Part shown: one piece after another, positions 43,867 to 53,677 of the stretch | How positions within the stretch are numbered: the stretch's first letter is position 1 | Layout: each line of letters begins with the position of its first letter | NCBI GenBank assembly: GCA_040218735.1 | Contig: JAVJQW010000061.1 | Coordinates: 32,001 to 96,000, forward strand | Direction of reading: 5' to 3' | Source of the DNA: Deltaproteobacteria bacterium | GTDB lineage: Bacteria; Myxococcota; Kuafuiibacteriia; Kuafuiibacteriales; Kuafuiibacteriaceae | DNA length: 64,000 bases | The notes under the pieces: model-generated | Told to the model about the DNA's origin: nothing | The model's input: the letters and a program-made list of their open reading frames with translations, nothing else | Database searches by the model: none | Program-made: the position numbers and the translations under genes

Positions 43867-44853
43867 GTGACCGACCTCGAAGCGCCCGGGCCGGCGCGCG
43901 CCGAGGACCGGCGCCTGGGTGTGGACTCGGACTCGCTCCCCGGTCGGCTCGGGCTCGGCGTCGGCATCGACCTCCGCTACGGCGATCCGTACGGCTTCGT
44001 GCGGAGCGGCGAGCGCGAGGTGGTGTCGCCGTCGATCCTCGGCTTCCTGGAGCGTGGCGCGTTCACGCACGCGTTCTTCAGCTTCCAGCCGCGCGACCGC
44101 GGGCGGCTGGTGCTGGAGGACTACGCACCGGCGTGGGACGCCCTGTACGCGGCGCTGCCTTCGTTCGAAGCGACCGGCTTGCACCACACGCTGTTGAACC
44201 TCGGCTCGCTCGACGTGGAGGACCGCGGACCGCTCTGTGAGTTCACGAATCAACTCATGGAGCGCTACGACATGCGCTGGGTGAACGAAGACCTCGGCAT
44301 CTGGGCGCTCGACGGCAAACTCATGCCGTACCCACTCCCGCCGCTGCTGACGGAGGCGGGGTTGGAGAAGGCGATCGCCGAGGTCGAAGACGTCATGCGC
44401 CGCCTCGACCGCACCCTGGTGGTGGAGTTTCCGGGGTTCTCGGAGGGCACGAACTTCTTCGTGGGTTCGATGCACGCGTATGACTACTTCGCGACGCTCG
44501 CGCGGGAAACCGGGTGCGCCGTGACACTCGATACGGGGCACCTGATCTCCTATCAATGGCTACGCGGGCAGCGGGGTGATGGGTTGTTCGATGCGTTGGA
44601 TCGGCTCCCCCTCGAGCGGTGCTTCGAGCTCCACCTGAGCGGCTGCCTGATCAAGGAGGATCGGTTCGTCGACGTGCACCACGGCGTGCTGCGCGACGAG
44701 CAGCTCGTGATGGCGGAGCGCCTCATCGCACTGTGCCCGAACCTCCGCGCGATCACCTACGAGGATCCGAAACCCGACGAGACCGGCGCGCTCCGCGACA
44801 AGGCGAGACCGGGGTTCGAAGCGCTACGTTCGCTGGTGGAGGCGTGGGCGTGA
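43867..44853 (+). CDS. DUF692 family multinuclear non-heme iron oxidative enzyme (MNIO), divergent
   Basis: GLGVG, HHTLLNLGS, WVNEDLG, PYPLPP, VEFP, LDTGHL, ELHLSG, DVHH and TYED occur in DUF692 motif order. Confidence 0.85.
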   Translation: MTDLEAPGPARAEDRRLGVDSDSLPGRLGLGVGIDLRYGDPYGFVRSGEREVVSPSILGFLERGAFTHAFFSFQPRDRGRLVLEDYAPAWDALYAALPSFEATGLHHTLLNLGSLDVEDRGPLCEFTNQLMERYDMRWVNEDLGIWALDGKLMPYPLPPLLTEAGLEKAIAEVEDVMRRLDRTLVVEFPGFSEGTNFFVGSMHAYDYFATLARETGCAVTLDTGHLISYQWLRGQRGDGLFDALDRLPLERCFELHLSGCLIKEDRFVDVHHGVLRDEQLVMAERLIALCPNLRAITYEDPKPDETGALRDKARPGFEALRSLVEAWA

Positions 44854-45506
44854 GTGTCTCGCAGGCGCGGGCCGAGCTCATCGCGTTGCTCACGAATCCG
44901 GAGCGGCGCGCGGCGCTGCGACGTGGCGAGCTGCCGCGGATGTTCGACACGATCGACACGGCGCAGCTCGAGCGCACGGCTCAGAAGATTCAACGGGACA
45001 CGCTGCGACGGCGACGCCGCGGGGCGCCTCCTCTGGTGGAGCAGTTCGCGGCGACGCTCGCGAACGAGTCGATCGATCCCATCGCGACGGCGTTCATCCA
45101 TTCGGAGCACTACGCGGCGTACCGCGAGGTGCCGTCGGGGCCGCCCGGGTTGTGTATCGAAGAGGCGTTCTACCGCTTCCTCGATGCCCACGAGATCGGT
45201 CCGGCGCAGATGCGGCGCGTCGAGTACCTGCGCGCGGCGGGGCAGGCGTTGGTCGTGCACCCGCGCCCGGCGTTCACGATTCCCCGACCGTTTGTGTTCA
45301 CGGCGGGCGCGTGGGTCGCGTTCGCCGAGGGGCCGACGATGTTCGCGGCGCTGCCCGGGCGTTTCGTGCAGGGGCGCGTGCCGCGGGTCGTGGTGGACGC
45401 CCTCGCGGGGCGCGCGGTGCCGGAGGCTGCGCGATCGAGGTTGGCGGCGCTCGGTTTTTCCTTCGATGATGGGGCGTGTCCGTCGAGAACGTCGCCGAGC
45501 ATCTGA
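44850..45506 (+). CDS. Putative MNIO partner protein (helical, DUF2063/HvfC-like position)
   Basis: GTGA overlap with the MNIO stop; helical N-terminus; F...L...AF...Y...EEAFYRFL pattern. Confidence 0.65.
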   Translation: MSVSQARAELIALLTNPERRAALRRGELPRMFDTIDTAQLERTAQKIQRDTLRRRRRGAPPLVEQFAATLANESIDPIATAFIHSEHYAAYREVPSGPPGLCIEEAFYRFLDAHEIGPAQMRRVEYLRAAGQALVVHPRPAFTIPRPFVFTAGAWVAFAEGPTMFAALPGRFVQGRVPRVVVDALAGRAVPEAARSRLAALGFSFDDGACPSRTSPSI

Positions 45507-46222
45507 AGGAGGCGCGACGCGTCCTGTTCATCACCGGGGCCGGCGTGTCGGCCGACTCCGGCATCCCGACCTACCGCGGCGTCGGTGGGTTGTACGAGGG
45601 CATCGAAGACCCGTCGGGGTACGCGATCGAGGAGATCCTCTCCGCGACGATGTTCGCGCGCGAGCCGGAGCGGACGTGGAGGTCCATCGCGGACATCGAG
45701 GAGGCCTGCCGCGGCGGCGCGCCGAACGCGGCGCACGAGATCATCGCGGAGCTCGATGGAGACGATCGCGAGGTCTGGGTCCTCACGCAGAACGTCGACG
45801 GCCTGCACCGCCGCGCGGGGAGCTCCAACCTGATCGAGCTCCACGGCCGCGTTCACACGTTGCGATGCACGCGCTGCCGCTACCGCGAAGAGGTCGAGGA
45901 CTTCTCGAAGCTGCCCATCCCCCCGCACTGCCCGGACTGCCACGCGCTGGTGCGCCCGGACGTCGTGCTGTTCGAGGAGCAGCTCCCGGGCGACGCACTG
46001 ATCACGCTGATGCGCCAGCTCGACGCAGGCTTCGACCTCGTCTTCTCGGTCGGCACGTCGAGCCTGTTCCCGTACATCGTGCAGCCGGTGATCGACGCCG
46101 CGGAGCGCGGCGTGCCGACGGTGGAGATCAACCCGGGCGAGACGACGATCTCGGGGCTCGTGCGCTACCACCTGAAGCTGGGCGCCGCAGACGCGATGCA
46201 GCGGATCCGCGAGCACCTCTGA
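45476..46222 (+). CDS. cobB: Sir2-family NAD-dependent protein deacylase
   Basis: GAGVSADSGIPTYRG, TQNVDGLH, HG, CxxC...CxxC, RPDVVLF, GTS, EINP. Confidence 0.92.
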   Translation: MSVENVAEHLKEARRVLFITGAGVSADSGIPTYRGVGGLYEGIEDPSGYAIEEILSATMFAREPERTWRSIADIEEACRGGAPNAAHEIIAELDGDDREVWVLTQNVDGLHRRAGSSNLIELHGRVHTLRCTRCRYREEVEDFSKLPIPPHCPDCHALVRPDVVLFEEQLPGDALITLMRQLDAGFDLVFSVGTSSLFPYIVQPVIDAAERGVPTVEINPGETTISGLVRYHLKLGAADAMQRIREHL

Positions 46223-46229
46223 TTCACGC

Positions 46230-47786
46230 TCACTCCGGGCGCAGCGCCTTCAGCAGCTTCTTCACGTCCTCCGCGTCCTCCGCGCCGGGCCTCAGCTTCA
46301 GGTACATGTCGAGCTTGTCGGCGGCTTCCTTCGACTCACCCATCGTCACCAGCGCGTGCCCCAGACGTTTGTACGCATCGGCGTGCGTGATGTTCAGCTC
46401 GACCGCGCGCCGCAGCGCACGCACCGCTTCCGCCGTGTTGCCCTTCTTCAGCATGTCGTCGCCGTAGGCGAACGCGGCGTTGGCGTCGTCGAACGTCTTC
46501 ACCTCGATCGCCGCCGCACCCGGCACCGGCGGCGGCTTGGGGGGCGGCGGAGGCGGCGCCGCGACGACGACCTCCTCGGGCGCCGGCGGCGACACCCCCA
46601 CGATGCCCGTCAACAACCCGCCGAAGAACGTCAGCAGCGACAACGCCGCGGCCACCGGCCACGACGGACCGTGCGCGGAGACGACCGGCGAAGGCGCGAC
46701 CAAGCGCGCCTCCGCCTGCACCGGGAGGTTCGGCTTCGACGAGGTCCCCGCCGACACCGGCGCGGGCGTCGGCCTCGTGTCGCGCGGCGGCGGGTCGAAG
46801 CGCTGCGGCGCCAAACAGAACGTCGCCGCCATGGTCTTGTCGTCGGAGATCGTCGCCTCCACGACGGTGCCCTCCGACCGGATCGACAGCAGCCGCTTGA
46901 TGATGTCCTGCGGGCGCGGACGCGCACGGGCATCCGACGCGAGCATCGAGCGGATCAACGCCTGCACCTCGGCGCCGTCCTGGACGTTCGCCGTCGCCGG
47001 CCACTCCATGCCCTGCCGGATCTCACGGACCAGCTCCGTCGGGTCCGTCGACACAAACGGCAAACGCCCCGTCAGCATCTCGAAGAGCACGACGCCGATC
47101 GAGTACACGTCCGACGAGATGTCCGACGGCAGCCCGCACAAACGCTCGGGCGCCATGTACGAGACGGTGCCGATCACCTGCCCTGCGCGCGTCAGGCGCG
47201 TGAGCTCCTCGGAGCGCGCGAGGCCGAAGTCCATCAACACCGTCCGCCCGCCGCGTTCGAGGAAGAGGTTGCTCGGCTTGATGTCGCGGTGCAGGACCTC
47301 CGCCGATTCGAGGTACACCAACGCCTGCGCCAGCAGGCCGATCACCTCGACGGCCTCCTCCGGCGAGAACCGACGGCCCTCGACGAGCAGCTCTTCGAGT
47401 GTCTTCCCGACGAGCCGCTCCATCAGGAAGAAGCCGAGCTCGGTCCCCTCCGGGTGGCGCGCGTAGCCGTACGCGAAGAAACGCACGATGCCGGGGTGCT
47501 CGAGCTGCGAGAGCACCGCGACCTCCTGCGAGAAGCGCCGCCCCGCCGTGCCGTCGCCCGCCTCGACGTACCGCATCTCGACGATCTTCAACGCGAAGTG
47601 CAGCCCCCCGTCGTCCACCACCTCGTAGACGACACCCATGCCGCCCTTCCCGAGCTGACGCACCACGCTGTACGGACCGACGCCGACGGTCTCGCCCTTG
47701 TCGTTCTGCACGAGGCGCGCGGTGAACGGCGACTCCGGCACGTTGGGGCCACGTCGGGACGTGGGGTTCGGTTGCGCGCGCGCCAT
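46230..47786 (-). CDS. Ser/Thr kinase with TM and C-terminal TPR
   Basis: GKGGMG, ALK, HRDIKPSN, DFG, YMAPE; TPR at the end. Confidence 0.92.
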   Translation of the reverse strand: MARAQPNPTSRRGPNVPESPFTARLVQNDKGETVGVGPYSVVRQLGKGGMGVVYEVVDDGGLHFALKIVEMRYVEAGDGTAGRRFSQEVAVLSQLEHPGIVRFFAYGYARHPEGTELGFFLMERLVGKTLEELLVEGRRFSPEEAVEVIGLLAQALVYLESAEVLHRDIKPSNLFLERGGRTVLMDFGLARSEELTRLTRAGQVIGTVSYMAPERLCGLPSDISSDVYSIGVVLFEMLTGRLPFVSTDPTELVREIRQGMEWPATANVQDGAEVQALIRSMLASDARARPRPQDIIKRLLSIRSEGTVVEATISDDKTMAATFCLAPQRFDPPPRDTRPTPAPVSAGTSSKPNLPVQAEARLVAPSPVVSAHGPSWPVAAALSLLTFFGGLLTGIVGVSPPAPEEVVVAAPPPPPPKPPPVPGAAAIEVKTFDDANAAFAYGDDMLKKGNTAEAVRALRRAVELNITHADAYKRLGHALVTMGESKEAADKLDMYLKLRPGAEDAEDVKKLLKALRPE

Positions 47787-47789
47787 CGC

Positions 47790-49490
47790 TTACAGCCCCG
47801 CCTCGAGCAGCCGGTCGATCTTCTCGATCTCCGGCGACTTGGGGCGCAGCAACTTGTACTGCTGTAGCAGCGTTTTGGCTTCCTGGGACTTCTCCAGCGC
47901 GAGTTTCGTGCGCGCTTGCAGGTACGTCGCCTCCGGGTGCACCGGGTTCATCGCGAGCGCCTGCCCCAGCGCATCTTCGGCGACCGACAGCTCACCGCGA
48001 TCGAACGCCGCCGCACCGTACCGGTAGGCGTCCTCCGCGCGCTCGAAGCGCGGGACCGGCGGCGGAGGGGGCGGAGGCGGAGGCGCCTCGATCACCTTCG
48101 CGGGCGGCGGAGGTGGCGGCGGCGCCTCGGCGACAGGCTCGGGCGCCGTGCTCCGACCGACCGAGAGCCCCGTCCCGAACGCGAGCCCCGCCGCGACGAG
48201 CACCATGAAGATCGCGATCGGCCACGTCGGGCCGGCGCGATCCGGCGGCGCCTTCGGGAGCATCACCGAGTCGGGCGTGCGCACCGCCGTCGCGGGGTTC
48301 ACGACCGGGTCGTCCGCGGCCTCGACGAAGAAGCTCGCGGTGGGCGGCTGCGCGACGCCGACCGGCGCCGACTCGGTGTCGGGGTGCACACGCGTCGACA
48401 CCCGATCGAGCGAAGGCGCCGACGCCTCGTCGGGTACCCGGCCGGAGACGCGGCTCTGCCGCGCCTCCTGGGCACCTCCTCGGCTTCCCCCCAAGAGGGG
48501 GGGCGCCTCGTCGGGTGGCACGGTCGGCTCGCCGAGGATCCAGGACGCTTGCCGCTCGACCTCGGTCGCGTTCGGGCGTCGGTCCTTGTCGGCCGCGAGC
48601 ATCGCTTCGATCAGCGCGACGGCCTGGTGGACGACCGGCTCGTCGGGGAGCGGCACCGGCCAGCGCACGCCTTCGCGGATCTCCTTCACGTGCTCGGTCG
48701 CGTCCTTCGTGACGAAGGGCTGCGTGCCGGTGAGCACTTCGAACAGCACGGTGCCGAGCGCGAAGACGTCGGTGCGCCCGTCGCACTCGTGCGCGAGCAG
48801 CGCCTCGGGGGACATGTACGCCATCGTCCCGATCACGTGACCGGTCTGCGTGAGCCGCGTGAACTCGCGCGAGCGCGCGAGGCCGAAGTCCATCAACACG
48901 ACGCGCCCCGGCGGCGAAGCGGACGGGCCTTCGATGAAGATGTTCGCCGGCTTGATGTCGCGGTGGAGGACGCCGTTCTTTTCGAGATACGCGAGCGCGC
49001 GCGTGACCTGCACCGCCATGTGCAGCGCTTCGGTGGCGTGCATCAGGCGCTCCCCCGCGATGCGATCCTCTACGGTCTCGCCCGTGAGCCGCTCCATCAC
49101 GAAGAACGCGAGGTCGTACCCCATCGGGTGCCGCACGAACCCGTAGTCGTGCAGCCGCACGATGCCGGCGTGATCGAGCCGCTCGAGGATCTCGATCTCC
49201 TGCGTGAAGCGCCGCCCGGCGTTGGTGTCCGGCAGCGCGAGGAAACGCGCCTCGATCGTCTTGAGCGCGAAGATCTTCCCGGAGGCCTCGTCGCGCACCT
49301 CGTAGACGATCCCCATTCCGCCGCGCCCGAGCGTCCCCAGCACGCGGTACGACCCGAGCAACGTCACGTGCCCCGACGGCGCGATCTCCACCGGCGCCGA
49401 GACGAGGTGCGAGTCGCCGAGCGGCCCGTCGTCGGTCGCTTCAGGGTCCCAGACGCGGCTGGGCACGGGCGGCTGCGAGGACTTCGCCAA
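47790..49490 (-). CDS. Ser/Thr kinase with TM and C-terminal TPR (tandem paralog)
   Basis: GRGGMG, ALK, HRDIKPAN, DFG, YMSPE; shares AGRRF.QE...HP.G..L.FF.MERL with its neighbour. Confidence 0.9.
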   Translation of the reverse strand: MAKSSQPPVPSRVWDPEATDDGPLGDSHLVSAPVEIAPSGHVTLLGSYRVLGTLGRGGMGIVYEVRDEASGKIFALKTIEARFLALPDTNAGRRFTQEIEILERLDHAGIVRLHDYGFVRHPMGYDLAFFVMERLTGETVEDRIAGERLMHATEALHMAVQVTRALAYLEKNGVLHRDIKPANIFIEGPSASPPGRVVLMDFGLARSREFTRLTQTGHVIGTMAYMSPEALLAHECDGRTDVFALGTVLFEVLTGTQPFVTKDATEHVKEIREGVRWPVPLPDEPVVHQAVALIEAMLAADKDRRPNATEVERQASWILGEPTVPPDEAPPLLGGSRGGAQEARQSRVSGRVPDEASAPSLDRVSTRVHPDTESAPVGVAQPPTASFFVEAADDPVVNPATAVRTPDSVMLPKAPPDRAGPTWPIAIFMVLVAAGLAFGTGLSVGRSTAPEPVAEAPPPPPPPAKVIEAPPPPPPPPPVPRFERAEDAYRYGAAAFDRGELSVAEDALGQALAMNPVHPEATYLQARTKLALEKSQEAKTLLQQYKLLRPKSPEIEKIDRLLEAGL

Positions 49491-49558
49491 GGCGGCCTAG
49501 GATATTAGCAGAGGATGTCGCACCCAAACGGGTGTCAGAGGTGTTCAGGGGACGCGGC

Positions 49559-50164
49559 TCAGGGCGCGGCGGCGATCGCCTGGACCAGCTCGCCGAGCGC
49601 GGCCTTCGGGTCGTAACCGGTGACGACGGAGGCGATCTTGCCATCCCGTCCCACGACCACGGTGTGGGGCAGACTCGTCACGCCGTACCGCCGCGCGACG
49701 ATCTCGCCCCAGTCGCGCACCACAGGGAACGGCAGCTTCAACTCGTCGACCACGAGCTTCGTCATCTTCTCCTGCTCCCCTTTGTCCCCGATGACGACCA
49801 CGACGTATTCGGCCCCCGTATCGCGGATCGACGCCGGGCTCCGCGCGTAGTCGCCGAGCTCCTTCTTGCACGGCTCGCAGTACCAAGCGGCGAACGACAA
49901 GACGACGGGCCGCGGCGTCGTCGCCTCGTCCCCCACGTGGTCGCCGAGCTTGAACCGCTCGACGCCAGACAGCTCGGCGTTCTCGGTGTTCTGGAAGAAC
50001 AGGTGCGCCGTCTGCCCGGGGCGCCCGAGGTTCGACGGAGGCGCGTCGACCGCCTTCGCGGGGGTGTCCGCGACGACCGGTTGGGGATCCAGCGCCGTGG
50101 GGGTCGAGCTGCACCCGACGAGCAGAGGCAGGACGAGGACGAAGCGACGCACGGCAAAGCGCAT
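49559..50164 (-). CDS. TlpA-like thiol-disulfide oxidoreductase lipoprotein
   Basis: LVGC lipobox; VLSFAAWYCEPC; YGVTSLPHTVVV. Confidence 0.88.
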   Translation of the reverse strand: MRFAVRRFVLVLPLLVGCSSTPTALDPQPVVADTPAKAVDAPPSNLGRPGQTAHLFFQNTENAELSGVERFKLGDHVGDEATTPRPVVLSFAAWYCEPCKKELGDYARSPASIRDTGAEYVVVVIGDKGEQEKMTKLVVDELKLPFPVVRDWGEIVARRYGVTSLPHTVVVGRDGKIASVVTGYDPKAALGELVQAIAAAP

Positions 50165-50194
50165 CGCAGAGGAGCGGCTTGTGTAGCGCATCGT

Positions 50195-51505
50195 TCAGCG
50201 AATCGTCACGACACCGGAGCCCGTCTCCGGGGGTTTGTTCAGCACCACCACGGCGGTCGTCGTGCCCGCGGCGGCGACGCCGCCGACGATCGCCCAGACC
50301 CACCAGCGTGTGTACCAGGGGCTCGGTCGCTCCCTGAGCTCGGCCCAGACCAGGTTCTCTTCACCCGGCTGGACGAACACGTCGGAGGCCCAGGTGTAGT
50401 AGCCGTCCTTTTCGAGGCGCAGCTCGAGGCGGCCCGGGGCGTACTCGTTCTCGAGCTTCACCGGCGACTCACCCATCGGCGACTCACCCACGATCACGTC
50501 GGCGCCCGACACCGGCCCGGTGACCGCGATCTTACCCGGCAGCTTCGTGGAGACACCGACCAACTCACGCGCGACGGTCCGCACCGCGCGCTTCAACTCT
50601 TCCTTCGGCCCGCGGAACGCGACCGTGCGAAGGTTCTCGACGCGGACGTCCTCCTGATTGATGAGTTTCAGAGAGACCACGTACTCACGAACGCTGCTCT
50701 GTTCTTCTTCCTCCTCGTCCGCCAAGCCACCGAAGCTACCGACCTGCCCGGTCACGAGGTACTTCACGTTCAGCGAGCCCGAGATCCGCGCGAGGCACTC
50801 CTCCGCGCAGTCACTCCCGAACGCGTCGTCGTAGGTCGCCTTGCCGATCATCGCTTCGATCGCCGAAGGGTTGATGATCTCGGCGCCGTTTACCTTCGAC
50901 AGCTCCACGATCACGAACTCCGCGAGGTTCTTCACGTCGTCCTCGGGCACACCCGCCGACTGGATCCCGAACACGCCGATGCGGATCTTACCCTTGCTCT
51001 CGGGCATCTCGTACTTCACCGCTTGCCCCTCGCCGTACCCGAACAAACGCCCCAGCTGCGCCGGGAGCTGCGCGAGTGCATTCGGCACCGTCGTCGCGTT
51101 GGTCGCCTCGCGTCCGAGCACACGACCGTCCGCGGTCGACATCAGCGAGATCGTCAGGAGCATCTCCCGGCCGACACGACCGACCGTCGTGGAGACGAGG
51201 TAGTCCGCCTCCGTCGCGTTCTGAATCTTCGCCAGGCACTCCTCGTCGTCCTGACAGTTGACCGCGCTCTTCTTCGCCTCCGCCGCGAGCATGTCCTCGA
51301 CGTCGCTGCTCGTGACGACCGGGTACGCCTTTCGACCCTTCAGCGCCTCCGCGATCCCGTCCGCGATCTGCCGGTCCAACCCCTTCAGGTCGATGTCCGA
51401 CTTCACCGGGCCGACGAACACACTCCCGTTCGGCACCGCCGCGAATCCCGCGCTCGGCGCGAGCAACGCCGCGACCACCATCCATCCCCACCTAGAACGC
51501 ATCAC
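50195..51505 (-). CDS. Secreted PEGA-domain protein with C-terminal TM
   Basis: Signal peptide; two C.D..C...I motifs; GADVIVG...GESP...LEKDGY PEGA; PWYTRWWVW. Confidence 0.8.
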   Translation of the reverse strand: MMRSRWGWMVVAALLAPSAGFAAVPNGSVFVGPVKSDIDLKGLDRQIADGIAEALKGRKAYPVVTSSDVEDMLAAEAKKSAVNCQDDEECLAKIQNATEADYLVSTTVGRVGREMLLTISLMSTADGRVLGREATNATTVPNALAQLPAQLGRLFGYGEGQAVKYEMPESKGKIRIGVFGIQSAGVPEDDVKNLAEFVIVELSKVNGAEIINPSAIEAMIGKATYDDAFGSDCAEECLARISGSLNVKYLVTGQVGSFGGLADEEEEEQSSVREYVVSLKLINQEDVRVENLRTVAFRGPKEELKRAVRTVARELVGVSTKLPGKIAVTGPVSGADVIVGESPMGESPVKLENEYAPGRLELRLEKDGYYTWASDVFVQPGEENLVWAELRERPSPWYTRWWVWAIVGGVAAAGTTTAVVVLNKPPETGSGVVTIR

Positions 51506-53573
51506 AGTTCACCTCTTCGCGCTCGCTGAGCACCACACCGAGCTCCGCTTCGAGCTCGTCACACACCTGAAGGTTGGCCTTCGCCGACTCTTCGAACTCA
51601 CCGCAGAAAATCCGTCGCGAACACAGCGCCGCGCAGTTTTGGAGCAACCCGCTGTTCGGCGCCGTCAGGTTGTCATCGACGTCGAACACCGGGCTCGACA
51701 GCCCACGCTCCGCGTCGACCTCTACGACACACGCCGCCCGTTTCTCTTCGAACAACTTCGGCGAAGTGAACTCGACCGCCTTCAGCACCACGTTCAACGC
51801 GAGCGGCGGAATCGGGCACTCGCCGTCGTTCGACAACGCGGGCCACCCGTCCGCCTCGTACGCCAACAGCTGCTCGACGTCGTTCCCGCGCGAGCCCCTC
51901 CCGACGCGCGAGCTCTTGCTCCAGAACAGGTTGAACGACTCCGGCGACTGCGGCATCGAGTAGTCGCGGCACAGCTCGTTGTAGGTCGTGTCGCGGTACT
52001 CCGTGAACGTCGCGAAGTCCGCGAAACCCAGCTCGTCCTTCAGCGCGAGGTGACAGCTGTCGTTACAGTGCTCCGCGATGATCCGGTAGAAGCCCCGCTG
52101 CGACTCGTCCGCCGACCAGCCCGCCGGGATCTCCGTATCCGCGTGGAGGAGCTGCAGACGCTCCGCCGCACCCAACGGATCGAACACGTCCAGCGTCGCG
52201 AGGGTCTCGTCGTTCACCGGGAGCGTCTTCGTCAGCCGAATGAGCCGGTTGATCTCGAACGTGTCCTCCAAGTCCGCGCTCAGATCCGCGCGCAGCGGCA
52301 CGCGATCCCCGAGCGCCTCGCCGTTCGGCGCCGACACCACCGTCGACGTCAGGCTGTCGATGTCGATCCGCGTGCTGCCCTCCTCGATGGTCACGTTCGC
52401 TGCGACGTCGAACGCCTCCGCCACCGGACGCGACCGCATCAACGACGCATCGAACACGTCGGTCACCGACTGCGCCCGCGCGTCCCCGCCCGCCTCTTTG
52501 AGCGCTTTCAGGACGTTCTGCAGCGGCTCGAGCTCGCGCAGCGCGTAGCGCGGGTTGATCGGGAGGAACTGCGAGTCGAGCGCGACGTCCAACGGCAGCG
52601 GCGCGTCGACCGAGGTCGGCGCGTACGCCGCACCGCCGTGGCACGAGTTGCAGATGTTCGGGATCGTCTCGAAGACCTCTTCCTTGCCGTCGAAGTCGAG
52701 GTCGATCCGATCCATCAGCTCCGCCTGCCGGCCCGTGCCGCGGTAGCCGCCGAAGATCACCGCCGGCTCCGTCCCGTTCGGCGGCACGTCGTAGTGCATC
52801 GTCACCGACACCGCCTCGCAGGCCTGGCAGCCCGCGGCGAGGTCGTCCGGATCCGTCGGATCGCAGCGGCGCTCGCCGAGCGGCAACGACGTATCCTCCA
52901 CGAACAGGCCGCCAGGGACCGGGCGACCGTCGTCGTAGGACTCGGTCCCGGAGACACGCTCCGGGCAGATGTAGTTGAGGTTCACGCACGCGAAGCCGAC
53001 GCCCGTCGTGGGGTCGACGACCTTGCGGCCCGTGCGGTCCACGGAGTCGAGGCTGTTGCACAGCGTCACGCGGAACACCGGCAGCGCGTGCGCGTTGAAG
53101 TAGTTGATGTTGAGGTCGCGCGGCGGGCCCTGCGTGAAGTCGTGCGCAGCGAAGTTACCGTTCTGGCAGTCGGCCGACAGGCCGTACCGATCGCACCACT
53201 CACCCATCGTCGGCGGCACACCGCCGGCCGCGTAGTACCCCCCCGCCCAGGCCTTGCTGTTGGGCGAGCACGCGTCCCCGCCGAACAGCGGACCGGCCTC
53301 CGCGTCGGGGAACCCGCGTCGGGTTCCCGCCTCCTGCCGGATGCTGCGGGTGAGGTCGTTCGCGACGAAGTCCCCAGCGACGAGGTTCTTCACGGTGGAG
53401 TTCGAGCCGTCGAAGTTCTTGCAAGCCGGGTCGTCGTCGAAGTCGACGAACAGCCGGTCCGTATCGCTGAAGTGGTTGCCCCTCGGTGTATCCGCACCGT
53501 CGACGACGACCGGATCCGAACACCCCCCCGTGGCCGTCGCGGCCAGGGCCAACCCGATGATGAATCGATTCAC
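51492..53573 (-). CDS. Hypothetical lipoprotein with heme c motifs
   Basis: GTG start MNRFIIG...TGGC with a GGAGG RBS; CNSCH, and CNDSCH followed by a downstream MP. Confidence 0.72.
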   Translation of the reverse strand: MNRFIIGLALAATATGGCSDPVVVDGADTPRGNHFSDTDRLFVDFDDDPACKNFDGSNSTVKNLVAGDFVANDLTRSIRQEAGTRRGFPDAEAGPLFGGDACSPNSKAWAGGYYAAGGVPPTMGEWCDRYGLSADCQNGNFAAHDFTQGPPRDLNINYFNAHALPVFRVTLCNSLDSVDRTGRKVVDPTTGVGFACVNLNYICPERVSGTESYDDGRPVPGGLFVEDTSLPLGERRCDPTDPDDLAAGCQACEAVSVTMHYDVPPNGTEPAVIFGGYRGTGRQAELMDRIDLDFDGKEEVFETIPNICNSCHGGAAYAPTSVDAPLPLDVALDSQFLPINPRYALRELEPLQNVLKALKEAGGDARAQSVTDVFDASLMRSRPVAEAFDVAANVTIEEGSTRIDIDSLTSTVVSAPNGEALGDRVPLRADLSADLEDTFEINRLIRLTKTLPVNDETLATLDVFDPLGAAERLQLLHADTEIPAGWSADESQRGFYRIIAEHCNDSCHLALKDELGFADFATFTEYRDTTYNELCRDYSMPQSPESFNLFWSKSSRVGRGSRGNDVEQLLAYEADGWPALSNDGECPIPPLALNVVLKAVEFTSPKLFEEKRAACVVEVDAERGLSSPVFDVDDNLTAPNSGLLQNCAALCSRRIFCGEFEESAKANLQVCDELEAELGVVLSEREEVNCDAF

Positions 53574-53677
53574 ACCCCCTCCGTGCGCCGAGGATGATGG
53601 ATCGATCATTCGGGATCGTCGACCCGATAAATGCATCGTTGACGTATTCGATGTCGCGGGAGAAATTCTCGCCCGAC

